NCBI GenBank assembly: GCA_965235115.1
Contig: OZ249440.1
Location: 34,474,001 to 34,538,000, forward strand
From: Laetmonice hystrix
Taxonomy: Eukaryota
Reading direction: 5' to 3'
DNA length: 64,000 nt
Positions 1 through 12,782 of this stretch are shown piece after piece; the stretch's first letter is position 1, and each line of letters opens with the position of its first letter. The notes below the pieces were generated by a model that saw only the letters and a list, made by a program, of their open reading frames with translations, was not told the origin of the DNA and searched no databases. The translations under genes were made by a program, and so were the position numbers.

Positions 1-180
1 CTACTTCAGAAAATAATGTTCTTCATTCCACTTATGTTGCAGACCACTCTTATTGCCGCCACCCATGCACATACGCCTACTTCAGAAAATAACGTTCTTC
101 ATTCCACTGATGTTGCGTAACACTCTTATTGCCAAGCGCATGTAGGCCTACTTCAGAAAATAATGCTCTTCATTCCACTG
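1..180. repeat. Imperfect tandem repeat, 3 units of about 70-77 bp
   Basis: CTACTTCAGAAAATAAYGYTCTTCATTCCACT recurs at about 1, 78 and 148. Confidence 0.8.
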
Positions 181-433
181 CGGCAGACAGCTCAAAATCA
201 AATTTTTTTCATGATGAACATTAAACAGAAACCATCTGCGAAAAACTCCTTATGAGCCACCTGTGCCCAATGAGAATGTCATACAAAGAAATATGAGAAA
301 ACACACAGAGAATTAGGTCTAGAGGTAATACAAGAACTATCCCAGTGAATGTTGGCAACCACCCTCAGAAAGATGACACTGAAAATTTCTCTTCTGAGGC
401 AAAGAAAGCCATACGTAAATTTGAACCCAGCAA

Positions 434-1232
434 ATGTCGTACTCCTTTGGGTATTACCACGTTTGTAAAGAAGGTAGGTTGAATTTAAGGACTGTTAACA
501 ACCTGTGTGCAAGATGTAGAAATGATAAATCAAACATCAAAATGTTTTTCAGCGAATATCACATGGATCCTGGTTCAGTTCCTTCTGAACTGGACGGTCT
601 TACTATAGTTGAACAGCAACTGATGGCATCGTCCACCGTCCATCAATGTTCATTTGTTAAAACATCAAGTGGTGACTGTGTTACATTTCCACAAGGGGTT
701 AACCGAGCCAGCACATATATTTCCTAAATTGCAAGGAGGCAAACATTCTTAGACTTCGTAGACAAGGTAGCAATGATTCAAGTAAAGAGTTAAAGGTTCG
801 TCGCCATGTTGTTGAAAATGCTCTGGTTTGGTTAAAGACACACAATCCTGCATATAAAGATATTGTAATCTGTCAACGGTGACTGAACCAACTACCTGCA
901 GAACTGCAAGATATACATACCATCAAATATACAGCAGAAACAGTCCATGTAAATGATAAGGGGCCGGCCCCGAAAAACTCTGTAATAATCCTGATGGGGA
1001 AACTACTTCAAGTGTTTTGCTACCAGAGCCAAATATTGACGTTCGGAAACAGGGAGCAGACATTGTTACAGAGGCAGTTGATGAAGCGAATCCCATTGGC
1101 AATGTACCAGTGAGTAAGAAAGGAATAATAACTATTCCTTGGCCAACTCGTGACAATGCTCCCCTGTCTGAATTTACCACTCGTAATTTCTTCACCTTAG
1201 CATTTCCCTGCCTGTTTCTGTATGGCTCAGGC
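434..1232 (+). pseudogene. Helitron RepHel N-terminal fragment (DUF6570-like), frameshifted
   Basis: Motifs CARC..DK..IKMF..MDPGSVPSELDGLT.VEQQL, G.CVTFPQ, KVRR..V..AL.WLK.HNP.Y.DI and PLSEFTT..FFTLAFPCLF.YG are typical of animal Helitron RepHel upstream of the Rep domain. Confidence 0.75.
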
Positions 1233-1262
1233 CCCCCAACCGTCATTAATCCACATAACCAT

Positions 1263-1520
1263 GGCATTATAGCGAGGCGTCGGAGGAGTAATCATTATTT
1301 TGTCAATGAAGGAAGGCCTAGAAGATTAACTGATCCATACAACCCAGTGGAAAAACTCACTGAAGACGAGTGTCATCGAAGGTATCGTCAAAATGGCCTA
1401 CAAACCATCATTATCTAACGCACTTCCTGGCGCCACTTATTGTCAGGGAAACAGACCATGGGCTCCCAGTGCCTCTTCTAGTCCAGATGTGTATCTTGTT
1501 GTGATTCCTCTCTACTGGTA
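1263..1520 (+). pseudogene. PIF/Harbinger (HARBI1-like) transposase N-terminal fragment
   Basis: RPRRLTDPYNPVEKLTEDECHRRYR followed by a frameshifted helix region resembles the HARBI1-type N-terminus. Confidence 0.5.
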
Positions 1521-1649
1521 AGTACTTTTAAGTTAGTTTTTTTTCCAGGGATCCATAGAGTGGAACAAGACATCGCAGAGATCAATACAACCCTTGATTT
1601 CATTAATCAGCAGCTAGAGGATCTTAGGCTGAGGCTGGACTACAAGCTA

Positions 1650-2569
1650 CAGTGGAGTCCGGTTATAACGAAGTACTCGGGACTGCGGGAAAAATTCGCT
1701 ATATGCGGAATTTCGTTATAAGCGGGAGACGCCTTAATGTGTCAGTTGGCCACCAGGGGGCTCTTCCTACTAGATTTAGTCATGATGTCCGTAACTGCCG
1801 CTGGAGTGCTCTCTCGGTAGGCCTAAATCAATTATAGTGTTATAGACACCAATGCTATTATGCAGTACTTTAAATATCGTTTTGTACTATCATTATGAAT
1901 TACTGTCCCAGCTTTGGAGGGGTAGTTCCAAAACAGCCTCATAGTCTAAGAGTAGACTCTGATCTATGGGGAGGCACACCTGTAATTCCCACACCTGGAG
2001 AAAATAATCAAACGATGTGTGCGGGGGGGGGGGCTGAACATTGAGTATATTTGGTAGGGGTCTATAGGGGCCCAGGATACCAACGTGAGATATAGACTGA
2101 AGTGCAGCGGCTTCTCTCCCCAGATAGACAGACCGCGGCCTACAGACCATGCCCCCTCAGGTGGCAAAAGTCTGCATTTATTTTTGGCCAAGTCGGTGAC
2201 CAGTCGCTTTTTTCTTCACAAGTCGCCGCCAGTAGGCAAGCTAAACATGGGCCCAAGGCAGTCAGTAACCCCCCCCCCCCCATTACGTAATAACATGTGT
2301 CCATGGTAATCCCCGCCTGCATTCCAAGTCGGCGGTCACACCTGCCGACTTGGGTCAGTTGCCACTTGACCTACTTCGCTATAGCCGGGAAGTTGTTACT
2401 TTGGGACTGGAAAGGCCTTCGTTATAAGCGAAAATTCGTTATAGGCAAACTTCGTTATATCCGGACTAAATTATATTAAACATAACAGAGACTGATTCCG
2501 TTCCCGAGATTGACTTCGCTCTGGGCGGGAATTCGTTATAAGCGTGTTCGTTATAACCGGACTCCACTG
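1650..2569. mobile_element. Tc1/mariner/pogo-type MITE (920 bp)
   Basis: TIR CAGTGGAGTCCGGTTATAACGAA / TTCGTTATAACCGGACTCCACTG; TA on both flanks; subterminal TTCGTTATA repeats. Confidence 0.9.
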
Positions 2570-2884
2570 TATAAGCTACGCTGTGAGCGGCGCTATAACT
2601 GCACAATGAAATGATTGTATAAATTATTGTTTGGGTGGCCACACCATGATCTGTGGCTGCGCTGTTTGGTGCTAGTGATGATCCACGCTTGATTTTCCAT
2701 AGTGTATTGTCGCTCACAGTTCGAGCCCCGATATTTGACCTCTCGACGCATGGATTACAAGTATTTCAACTTCAAGATGAATGTTGATGAGAGGAGGTAG
2801 CTAGAGGAGGAGGGTTTTTATACAGAGTGGCTGGATGAAGAGGAGCAGAGGGATTTATGTACTACAGTCAGGTTTACCAGTGGA

Positions 2885-3420
2885 ATGTCTTGCCCTGTGT
2901 GTAATGGCGAGTCCTATAGTAAGTTTCGAGCGCTGTGGGCTCATTGGGCAAGTATTCTTGTTCAGCGGGTAATAAAGTTTGCATGCCCGTTCTGCAATTT
3001 CCAGGCCCGGACTCTATATTGGGCCTGTAACCATGTTAAAAGGGCCCATGGGAGAGGGGAACGTCATCAATTCTGCGAGGTGGAAGTTAATGGGGATTTT
3101 GTTTCTCCATGCCCTATCCCCCCGTGGTCAAACCCAGTCTCCCGGCTTTAAAAGAGTCTGAGACCATGCTGCGACCTGCTGGGGAGATGGTGGCATGGAA
3201 GGAGCGTTATCTGGAGGAGCGACGCCAGAGGCGGGAGGCTGATCAGGCTCTAAGGGTTAGGAAAGACCAGCTTCAGTATGAGCGCGGCCAGGTAAGGTGC
3301 CACGAGGCCGCCCTCCTAAAATGGGTCAACTCCATGGCTGAACCCCGTCAGGACGACATTGCCCTGGAACCTTTGGACCGCTGGTGGAGGTCCCATTCCC
3401 CTTTTGTCCCCTACTGGTGA
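2885..3420 (+). other. Short degenerate ORF(s) with two C2H2-like zinc-finger motifs followed by a coiled-coil-like segment; origin unknown
   Basis: CPVC..YSKFRALWAHW and FACPFC.F.....ACNHVKRAH, then a frameshift into an E/R-rich segment. Confidence 0.35.
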
Positions 3421-3879
3421 AACCGTTTTGAATGGGTTTTTTTTACCTGTCAACTTATCTACATGTCAGCTCCTCATCTTTTAAACTCCTCTACCTGTGA
3501 ACGTCTCAACCGGTCGACTTCCCAACTCAAGACTTCTCAACCAGTCAACTTCCCAACTCAAGAGTCTTCATACAGAGACTTTGTAAAATTCTCCATATGT
3601 GGATGTCTCAACCCATCTACTTCTCGAGCTTCTCGAGTCTCAACACAGACATTGTAATTTGTACATGTTTTTACACAAGAGTCTTCAGTCACTCAGGGAC
3701 ATTGACGACTACACAAGACAAGAGACTTCATGCAGAAACCTTGTCCTGAACCAAGCACGGCAGACATCTATGAACTTTTTACCTGATATTATGTGTGCTG
3801 ATATATGAATGTATTTTACACATGGCCAGCACTACCAGTTTAGTGAGAAATGTGTGTTTTCTGATTTTCTGATTGCTGA

Positions 3880-4380
3880 AAAGCTTATTCTTCTTTGAGC
3901 CAACAAGGTTTTGTTCATTTAACTGTTAACCATTCTTTGAATTTTGTTGACCCTACCACAGGGGCTCACACCAACACCATCGAGTCCATGTGGAAGGCAC
4001 TTAAAGCTTCTCTTCCTAAGTCTGGCACCCCAAAACAACTTTATACTTCTTATTTCTTTGAGTATGCACTTCGTAAGCGCTTCTTAAATTCCGAAAATGA
4101 TAAGTTTCTTGCCTTTTTAGATTTAGTTTCAGAAATTTATAACCCTAACCTGCGCCCCCTTGATTTGCCAGCACCTGCTCCTATTCAGTTGTCCCAACCA
4201 CTCCCCTTGTCCCCCCTTCAAGCACCTCCATCGCCTAGACAAGTTCCATCACCCCCTCTTCCCTCCCCAATCAATCATAATCCCCTGTCAACCCCATCAG
4301 CCATGCCCTCTCCCCTCCTCAGCCCCCTACCCATTTCATCAACCCCCCCAAGGCTCACCTCACCATGTAACCAAAGGTGA
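3880..4380 (+). pseudogene. Merlin (IS1595/ISXO2-like) transposase C-terminal fragment with a Pro-rich tail
   Basis: AY..L..QGFVHLTVNHSLNFVDPTTGAHTNTIESMW..LK is the Merlin/IS1016 signature. Confidence 0.85.
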
Positions 4381-4559
4381 AGCTACTTCTTCTCTTCCCC
4401 TAATGTGTCAGTCGATATGTTTCCTGAAATGGACGGCTCTGAGTCTGACACATCAGGGGATATGTTCCTCTAAATAGAGGAAGGTAAGTTGATGTTTACT
4501 ATTTTACTATTAATCATGATGATATATAGAAATAGGCCTAGCAGGTATTTTGATTTCAA

Positions 4560-4860
4560 TATTATATTCAAGATTTTGGTGGGGGAATCCCCCTCTGTTG
4601 ATGCATAATATTGTATCCCTTGATTTCAACATTTTGGTGTGTATTAAATAATATGAGGAATTTCGGAATTTCAGTGCAGCTTGTAATGGGTGAAATGGCC
4701 ACATATATTCAATTTTTGGTGGGGGAATCCCCCACTCCCCCTCTGTTGATATTTCAGCATAATATATTCCTTGATTTCAACATTTTGGTGGGGGAAATCC
4801 CCCACACCCCCTCAGTATTAAATAATATGAGGAATTTCATTGCATAATTTGAAACATGAT
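4560..4860. repeat. Imperfect local repeats (TTTTGGTGGGGGAATCCCC core), possibly subterminal to the Merlin relic
   Basis: Core motif recurs 3-4 times with shared flanks. Confidence 0.6.
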
Positions 4861-5169
4861 GGGTGAAATGACCACTCATACACATGAAATCTTCGTAACA
4901 GCCATGACAAGGCCCCAAGTCTTTACTACTAAAACATAGTTCCAAAACTTGAATGGCGTAGGAATATTGTGACGTCATTGCTGGCGGTTCAGGCCTTGTT
5001 TACTCGGCCATCTTGGATTTAAGGATGTCTTTGTCGCCGGAGTGATTTGAAGTTAAGAGAATGTTGCATTCTACCCGTAGGTTTGAAATTTAAAGGTATG
5101 CAAAACAGAAATCACACAATATAAATATAAATAAAATAAATAATATTTTTTATTATACTAGTAGTATAC

Positions 5170-5757
5170 TATTATATGTTGAGTTGATATGTCACATGTG
5201 TTACCATGCAATAAACTGCCAACATTTTAAAAAGTATTATATTTTTGACTCCATGACTTTCCATGATTGCCTTTTTTCTGAAGATATGTTCTTTTAAGTT
5301 GATGCAATTGATAATTTTGACTTCAGTTTTAATTTCACAGAGCGCCACGTGTGTTACCCGACATGTCACTTGTGTTACCGCAGTAACTGCCAAAATTTAA
5401 AAAAAAATTATTTTTTACTTCATTTGACCACATATTTCATTGATCATTTCATTGATCACATACCCATTTTGGCAAAATTAAAATTGGCCAACAGTGACAC
5501 TTCACAGAGTTTTTGAATGAAACTGGAGGTGGTTAAAAGTTACAAGTGTCCAAATCAGTGTCACGTGTGTTACCACACATTTTGACCCCTTTCTCAGAAT
5601 TCATTCACATTGCAAAACTATAATGGGTGTAAGTATAAACAGTGACTAGATATGTATCCCATAAGAGTTCAATCAATACCCAGCATCATTTTATTAACTC
5701 TGTGGACGTCGGCAAAAGTCTGCAAATGTCACGTGTGTCACCGTGGAATTGCCCCTG
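5170..5757. mobile_element. Partial non-autonomous DNA element with repeated CACGTGTGTTACC motifs
   Basis: Motif repeated about 5 times; ends in ...GTGGAATTGCCCCTG; matching left end not seen. Confidence 0.45.
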
Positions 5758-6109
5758 TATAGGCCTATATGTGAATGGGAGACTCAAAATAATGGAGTTC
5801 CCGTCTTTTCCGCGTGGCGGCAGCACTATCACCTCAGTCCCGTATGGCTACACATTAGTATGACTATGAAATGCTAATCTGTAGCTAGGTGCCGTACTGC
5901 TATTTGTTATGAAATATTATGGTGCGTTTAGGAGCTATTCAACATGGAGAAGCCTATCGAGTTATTATTTCTCATAACAAATAGTCTAAAGGCATCCTGC
6001 CACAGATTAGCATTTCGTCGTCCTATATAACGTCATGCTAATGTGCAGTCGAGAGGACCGGGGCGACAGTGCTGCCGCCACGCGGATATTACTGGAATGC
6101 GCCGTTGCA

Positions 6110-7565
6110 CATGCGTCTCGAGTCGCTCATTGTGTGGTGGAGAGAAGAGTGCGTCAGACAGGGTGAAAGAAATTGTTGCAAAACTGAAGAATACAATTCA
6201 CACAGGGATTAAGCCAGGATTTTGAAAAAGAGGGACACCATGTCCCAGTGCCCAGAATACTAGGGGACATTTTTAATATTTGGGGGACAACTGAGTCACT
6301 TGACGAGGAGCACTGGCAACTGCTGTTTTGCCCAATACTGTATAATGTGTTGTTCTTGTTATCATGTTCCTAATATAATACTACAGTACTGGTGTTCACA
6401 AACGAGTCAACCCAGACAACACTGTCTTTAGGGCGGGAAGGTGAAGGCCATAACGTAATAGAGAACTAAGTCGATAGATGGCGCTTCTTTATATCACACT
6501 AGGTGGCATGCCTCTCTCAAGGTAGGCCCTCCAAGGTGGGACATTATGACGCAGCTAAGCTATAATAAGGGGACATTTGGTTAATATTTTGCGCCAATGG
6601 CGCGTGGGCGCGCTCTAGCTAAATCCCTGGGGTGACAGAGCTGTGACTGAGAAAAGGTTCAACATGTTGCTGTCTGAGTTCCGAAGGGAGATACTGCCAG
6701 AAGTTGTGGATAGTTGGAATGACATGAGTGAGGATGAACGAGAAAAATGTGGGAGAATGAATCATTTCTTTTGTGGTATGCATCTTCTTGTGAGTTTGGC
6801 AGAGCAGAGCATAGTGACGCTGTGATGAAAGTTTGGGAGAATCTGGTGTTTGGTGATGTGGCTGTTGGTCTGTGTCGTTTATCAGTGAGAAAAAGTGAGA
6901 GTGGAACGTTACGTTTAATAAGGACTGTGTGCAAGGCTGTGCAAGAGCGTGGGTGCGAAAAGAGTGGAAAGCCAGTGTGGTTCCGTCAGTATGTGAGGGC
7001 AAATGGGAGGGAATGTGTGCCTTTAGCTCCTTTTAAAGGAAACAGATTTAATATTTTGTTCCACAATGGCGCAGGTGCCTTCTTCCTGAGAGAGGACCTG
7101 AAGGGCTTCATGAATGAGATCAAGAGTGAAAATCAGTTGATGAAAGCAGTGAATGCTGATTTGAATGTTGCGCAGTTTGTGGCAGGAGCACGTGCATTAG
7201 GTATGGTTGACAAGTTTGTAACTGGCCCGCTGTGGAACGTGCTTGAGATGAGTGAACATGTGAGTAACTTGACTGAGCGATATGAAAGGATGTGTGAATG
7301 CTTTGAAAGATGGGCAGAGGATGCAAGTGACCTCATGAGTGGAGAAGTGCAAATGTTTGATGATGTTGTGGTACACAAGGAGGATGTACGTCAAAGTTTG
7401 CTAGAGGAGTGTGAGCTGGATGGTATGACCAAACAGATTCTGGAAATGTTGTGTGCCTCATTTGGGAGGAAGTTGCGGGTGCTTGTTGAAGATCAGTTGA
7501 AAGAGGGTGTGAATGCTGCAGAGAATCTGAACAGAGCGGAGAAAAAGAGCGTGCCCAGAACAAAA
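6110..7565 (+). pseudogene. DDE-type transposase relic with a CxxH motif (hAT-like, family uncertain), interrupted by a MITE
   Basis: Reconstructs to KLKNT(M)GDRAVTEKRFN...NHFFCGMH...FKGNRFNILF; premature stop or frameshift near 6825. Confidence 0.55.
6203..6629. mobile_element. hAT-like MITE
   Basis: TIR CAGGGATTAAGCCAG / CTAGCTAAATCCCTG; splits the transposase frame; no clean TSD. Confidence 0.7.
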
Positions 7566-8377
7566 TGTGACAAAAACCCCCCCAGATATGCACTTCAGTA
7601 TGTCACTACCTAAGTACATATCTCTTCAGGTACATCCGGTGCCATAAGGTTACCAGAGCCACCATAGAGTGTGTGTTGAAGGCCCGATTTAGGTAACTGC
7701 CTCATAAGCACATTTTCCTTGGCCTTTTCATGCATGGAGTTGAATCGTCCTTTTATTTAATTATATGTTACGAGTGACTTCCACTCGTTGTGTTGCTAAC
7801 AATGCAGTAATCTCGAAGCCTCCTAGTAGATGATGTCCATTGCACGTCGTATTTACATGGAAATCATGAATGGATGGGCAGGGCATGCTGGGAGTATATC
7901 ATTTACGTGGTGCAGCAGACGTAGTACAAGCAGACGGCACACAACAACAACAATGGCTGTGTGCGAAGACTTCGACTGGAGCCGAGATTGTGAACTGTTC
8001 CTAATTAATACAACAGGTTCACGATAGACAGGAAAACCTTTTTAGAAATGTAGGTGTAGATGGGGGTGGGGTTGGGGGGGGGGGTGAACGCGAGGGGCAT
8101 CTCAGCAACAGCGAAGCAACAGTGGCAGAAAATTGATCGCGTCTGGCCAATTCGGCCATAGCTGCTGCACTCCCTTGCTCACCACACCGTGAGACAGGTT
8201 CCGAACTTGCTCAGGCTAACGTGCTCACCCTGAGCACGTCTCACGGTAAATACTAAAATGATGGTGCTCAGGTCAGGGTTGAGTATGGTAGCATACTCAG
8301 AATCAGGCCATTGAGCACATGCTTAAGTATGTGAAAAAGTTTGGAGAAACACCTCAATTTGAGCACAAGGTACTTAA

Positions 8378-8701
8378 AGATGCTATTCATCTCGCACAAA
8401 ATGGCATTTCTCCTATCATACATTGTGCACATAGTACTAGAAAAAATTCCTACCGATACCATTGGCCTCATAAACCTTCAATTAGTTTGTGTTCAGCATT
8501 TGAAACCTATCTCAGTGAGCACCGAGATAGAGCCATTTCCTATGGTGAGGCGTGTCTGGGTCTCCACAGAGAGCCCCATTTGTGCCTTTTATCCATGAAA
8601 AATTTTGATTTCCTTTGTTGTGAATCTATTTCCATGATATGTGGGATCACATAAACGTCAACAAAATTAAAAATAATTTTTTTTTGTCACGAATAGCACC
8701 T
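8378..8701. mobile_element. Kolobok-type MITE, copy 1 (inverted relative to 24287-24626)
   Basis: TTAA on both sides; TIR AG(A/G)TGCTATTC / GAATAGCACCT; near-identical reverse complement of 24287-24626. Confidence 0.85.
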
Positions 8702-8792
8702 TTAAGTATGCCTTGAGATGTTTTGAGAAACCGGGCCCAGGTCTGGTAGCGCCTGGCACGGCAAGGTATCCTCGGCGACGTCCTCTGGAGTG

Positions 8793-8982
8793 GAGTGAGT
8801 GAGTGAGTAGTGGTAGTTTTCCACTGTGTCGGCATCCAGGCCATCTTCACGGCGAAAACAGAGTTAAAAGACCATAAAATTAAAGGAACCTATTTTATCC
8901 TGGGTCCCAAAAAGGGAATATCATTGAAACACACTGTCGACAAGCCTGAACTATAAAAGAGTCAGAAGTCCAGCCTGTGACA
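8793..8982 (-). mobile_element. I-group LINE 3' end fragment (3'UTR plus ACTC tail)
   Basis: Aligns to 32557-32765; (GAGT)n tail on the plus strand. Confidence 0.9.
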
Positions 8983-9179
8983 CTCATATCTCGTCAACCG
9001 AGGAATCATAAGAATTTGGTTACAGTACCGTTTAATCAAAGAAAGTTTAAATCTTGTTCTGTTTACAACGTCCTCCCCCCCCCCCATGCCAACAACACTC
9101 TAGACCTAGTCTATGTGAACAGAATATCATGACATCATTTTAAGAGGTTTTAGACAAAACACTGCAAGTTTCTGGATTG

Positions 9180-9665
9180 TACGTTACCACCTTAAAACTG
9201 AAAGAAAAGCAAATAGAGGCATTGGACATATTTTACAAGAAAGATTCCCTTATCCTACTGCCAACAGAATATGGAAAAAGACTCAAGACTCCAGCATACA
9301 ATATAGTACTCTAGTCATTTCTCCATTAAACGCTATAACAAAAGAACAAGTCCATAAGCTTTGTGAAAAAGGTCTATCTGCTTGTTACCTGGATATCAAG
9401 TCATCAAGAGGGAAAACCTATCATTTCAAAGATGCCGCAGACTCGGACTGTAATTCTTCAGATGTCGATTTAGATCTACACGACACGGATACTGTGTGTG
9501 TAGAAACTGAAGTAGATGTGGAACAAAAACTTGGCCAAGCTTGTCTTCGTGAACCCAGAAGCCCTCCTTTCCACCGGGAAGAAATTGCTCAAAAGTGCTT
9601 GTTTCAGCCAAGGGATAGGTTGTGTGGCAACTGATGAAGCATATACCATAATATGATCCATGAAT
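9180..9665 (+). pseudogene. RecQ-like SF2 helicase fragment, probably from an Academ transposon
   Basis: LKEKQIEAL..LPTEYGK (motif I), LVISPLNAI.KEQV (Ia), LVFVNPEAL (Ib), VATDEA (II); degenerate. Confidence 0.65.
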
Positions 9666-10037
9666 TGTAAGTAGACTACTGTAACTAGATATCGTTGGTA
9701 CTTTTCTGAACCCAAAAGAAAATTGTTTTAAAATACAGTTGGCAAGTCCTGCACCGTGTTTTGGGAACCGTGATGATACACCTCGGTTGACCGGTATACA
9801 CAGACACCACCTTGTGGGTTTTGAGACCTGCTACTTGGACGTCACCTTGAGTTTAACTTGCGCACGCCGGGACAGAAGTACACAGTGGCCACAGTGTCTT
9901 GTCAACTTCCGACGTTCCATTGAGCACATCACGTTTTCTTCTGATGTTTGGCAACTCTCAAGTGTTAGGGAAAAACTTAGTAAGTGGAATTTTGGTCAAT
10001 TTGTGGGGTACTTAAAGCGGCATGCTAAAATGTACAT

Positions 10038-10142
10038 TTTTGAGGATTTCCGGCGATTATCCAACATGACCGTGTACTAGGGATCCAAGTAAATAATCCT
10101 ACCACAGCATTTTGTCCTCCGACGTGTTTTCGCTGCGTATGC
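10038..10142 (+). repeat. Dispersed repeat, also at about 63886-63989
   Basis: Shared GGATTTCCGGC..CCAACATGACCGTGTACTAGGGATCCAAGTAAATAATCCTACCACAGCATTTTGTCCTC. Confidence 0.85.
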
Positions 10143-10231
10143 AGCACAAGTAGATTCTATTCGACCAAACCTATAGATTTCTCCCGAAAGCACATCTCCC
10201 GCCATAATTTAGGAGACAACCTCCCATCAAC

Positions 10232-12056
10232 CCATTTGTTCTTAATGTAAGCCCAGATGGTAGATCTGAGGTCAGAGGCTGGGATTGGACAGAGTTCGAC
10301 GTCTGTTTCAAGAGCCCTCTTGGCAGTTCTGTCAGCTTGCTCATTGGCTGGGATGCCAACATGACCAGGCACCCAGCAAAAGTGAATATCAAAGTTTGCA
10401 TTGGCAAGCACTGCCAACTTGGACAAGATTTGAACGATCACTGGGTGATCTGTATTCAAGTTAGCAAGTGCTTGCAGACAGGATAGGGAATCCGAGAAAA
10501 TGAGGAAATCCTTTTCACTAGAAACTTCAATATTTTGAAGGGCAAGAAGCAGGGCCGGGCCTCTGCTGAGAAGATGGCACTTTGCCCTGAGATGCGGGTG
10601 CCGAAGTTGTGCTTGCCATGAACTGCAGCCGCAGACACATCACTGCCATCCTTTGAGCCATCAGTATAGAAGGCATAATGTGAGGGATACCTTGCCTGGA
10701 CGTCAAGAAAATGTTCAAAAAATGTCAGGGGATGAGTCTCTGACTTCTTCAGTTTAGCCAACTGAAGAATGACGTCAGGCTTTTCCAGGTCCCAAGGAGG
10801 AATGTTGCAAAGATGTGTCTACCCCAGGACGTTCAGACCAAAATCCAGTTCCTCTAGATGAGGTTTCACTCTCAGTCCAAAAGGACGTATGCATGTTTCC
10901 TTTCTTTCATATAAATGTTGGAACTGAGGGTGAAAAACGCAATTGTAAGCTGGATTTGAACTGTTTGTCCTGAGCTTGACTGCATACTGCAGAGCCAGCT
11001 TCAGACGCCTGTTGTCAAGCGATGGCTCTCGGGCCTCCACATAGAGGCTCTGAACAGGGGACGTTCTAAAAGCCCCAAGTGAAAGCCGCAAACCCTGGTG
11101 GTGAACCGTGTTCAAAAGCCGAATGTAAGACTTACAAGCAGAACCATAAACTATGCTACCGTAATCAAGCTTCGACCGGATTAAAGCTCTGTACAGTTGT
11201 AAAAGGACTGTACTGTCTGCCCCCCAGTTTGTGCCAGATAAAACCTTGAGAACATCCAGAGCCTTAAGGCATCTGGATTTGAGTGATTTAATGTGAGGAA
11301 TAAAAGACAGCTTGCTGTCAAAAGTGAGACCCAGAAACTTTGTCTCTTTAACAACCTTGATAGGATCTCCATCCATTGTCAACTCGGGGTCAAGGTGGAA
11401 AGCACGCAGTTTGCAGAAATGCATGCAGACTGTTTTCGATTTTGAAAATTTAAAACCGTTTTCCACAGACCAAGTGTGGATTCTGTTGAGACAAAGTTGG
11501 AGCTGTCTCTCAATGGCATTCATGTTTTTGCCTCTGCAGCAGACGTCAAAGTCATCGACGAACAGGCTGCAGGGCATGCCAGTTTTAACCGAGTTAACAA
11601 TGCTGTTAATCTTAATACTAAAAAGGGTAACGGACAAAATGCTTCCCTGAGGCACACCTAATTCTTGGTCGTGCAAGTCAGACAGGGTCGTGCCTACTCT
11701 GACTTGAAAATGTCTGTTGGATAAAAACTGAGATATGAAAAGGGGCAAACGCCCCCTAAAACCCATATCATGTAAATCTGTTAAAATGCCATACTTCCAT
11801 GTTGTGTCGTATGCCTTTTCAAGGTCGAAAAAGACGGCAACAACATGTTCACCGTTGATAAAAGCATCTCGGATGTATGTCTTGAGTCTGATTAGATGAT
11901 CGAGAGTACTTCTCCCTCGCCGGAAGCCACACTGAAACTCGGTTATGAGCTGCTCAGACTCCAGCTTCCAGACGAGGCGATCATTAATCATTCTCTCCAT
12001 GGTTTTGCACAAGCAACTTGTTAAGGCTATTGGCCTATAATTGTTAGCTTCACTAT
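10232..12056 (-). mobile_element. I-group LINE ORF2 internal fragment (RT plus RNase H), decayed
   Basis: Near-identical to the ORF2 at 32735-36418; stop at 10819 and a frameshift in RNase H; both ends truncated. Confidence 0.95.
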
Positions 12057-12279
12057 TAGTGAGGTAGCTTAGCAAAAAATCGTGACAGAGTGGATAAAAG
12101 CGCCAAACTTGGTACTCTGATCCAAGAAGGGCTGAAAAACAATCCAAAAAGGGCTGAAAAACATTTTTAGAAGGGGTGCCCTTAACTAGGCTCTTTAGGG
12201 GGCCTGGCATTGAAAGTTGCTCTGACAACTGCGCCCATACTAGGTTATCCCAAACCAGATGGGCAGATCATCCTCTGGT

Positions 12280-12440
12280 CTGGCCGTAGGTGCGGTATTA
12301 TCTCAGATTCAGGATGGTCGCGAAGTTGTCTTGGCATATTTGAGTAAGGCATTAGGCACTGCTGAAAGGAATTATTGTATTAACCATAAAGAACTCTTTG
12401 CGGTAGTTACTGCCTGCAAGGCATGGCACCCATCACTGTA
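12280..12440 (+). pseudogene. Gypsy/Ty3 RNase H fragment
   Basis: SGLAVGAVLSQIQDGREVVLAYLSKAL..AERNYC...KEL.AVV. Confidence 0.85.
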
Positions 12441-12465
12441 TTTCAAAACCCCTGTTTTGTTGTCG

Positions 12466-12643
12466 GACGGAAATGACGACTTTCATTTCTCCTCATCTTA
12501 TTACTATAATAGATAAAAATCAAATAACATTCTCTCTGTATGGTTGGGGATCACCTTTATAGATAAGCATAAAATACTTGAACATTAATCACCGCATAAA
12601 AATTTTGGAGGCTTTCGAAGAGTTTTGGTGTCGGACTTGATGA
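12466..12643 (+). repeat. 178-bp direct duplication, copy 1 (flanks the LINE 3' end)
   Basis: Appears identical to 17497-17674. Confidence 0.95.
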
Positions 12644-12782
12644 GTGAGTGAGTGAGTAGTGGTGGTTTTGCGCCGTGTCGGCATCCGGGGCCATATTCAC
12701 GGCGAAATCAGAGTTATAACACCATAAAACCAAAGGAACCTATTTTATCCCGGGTCCCAACGGGAACACCACCAAAACACAT

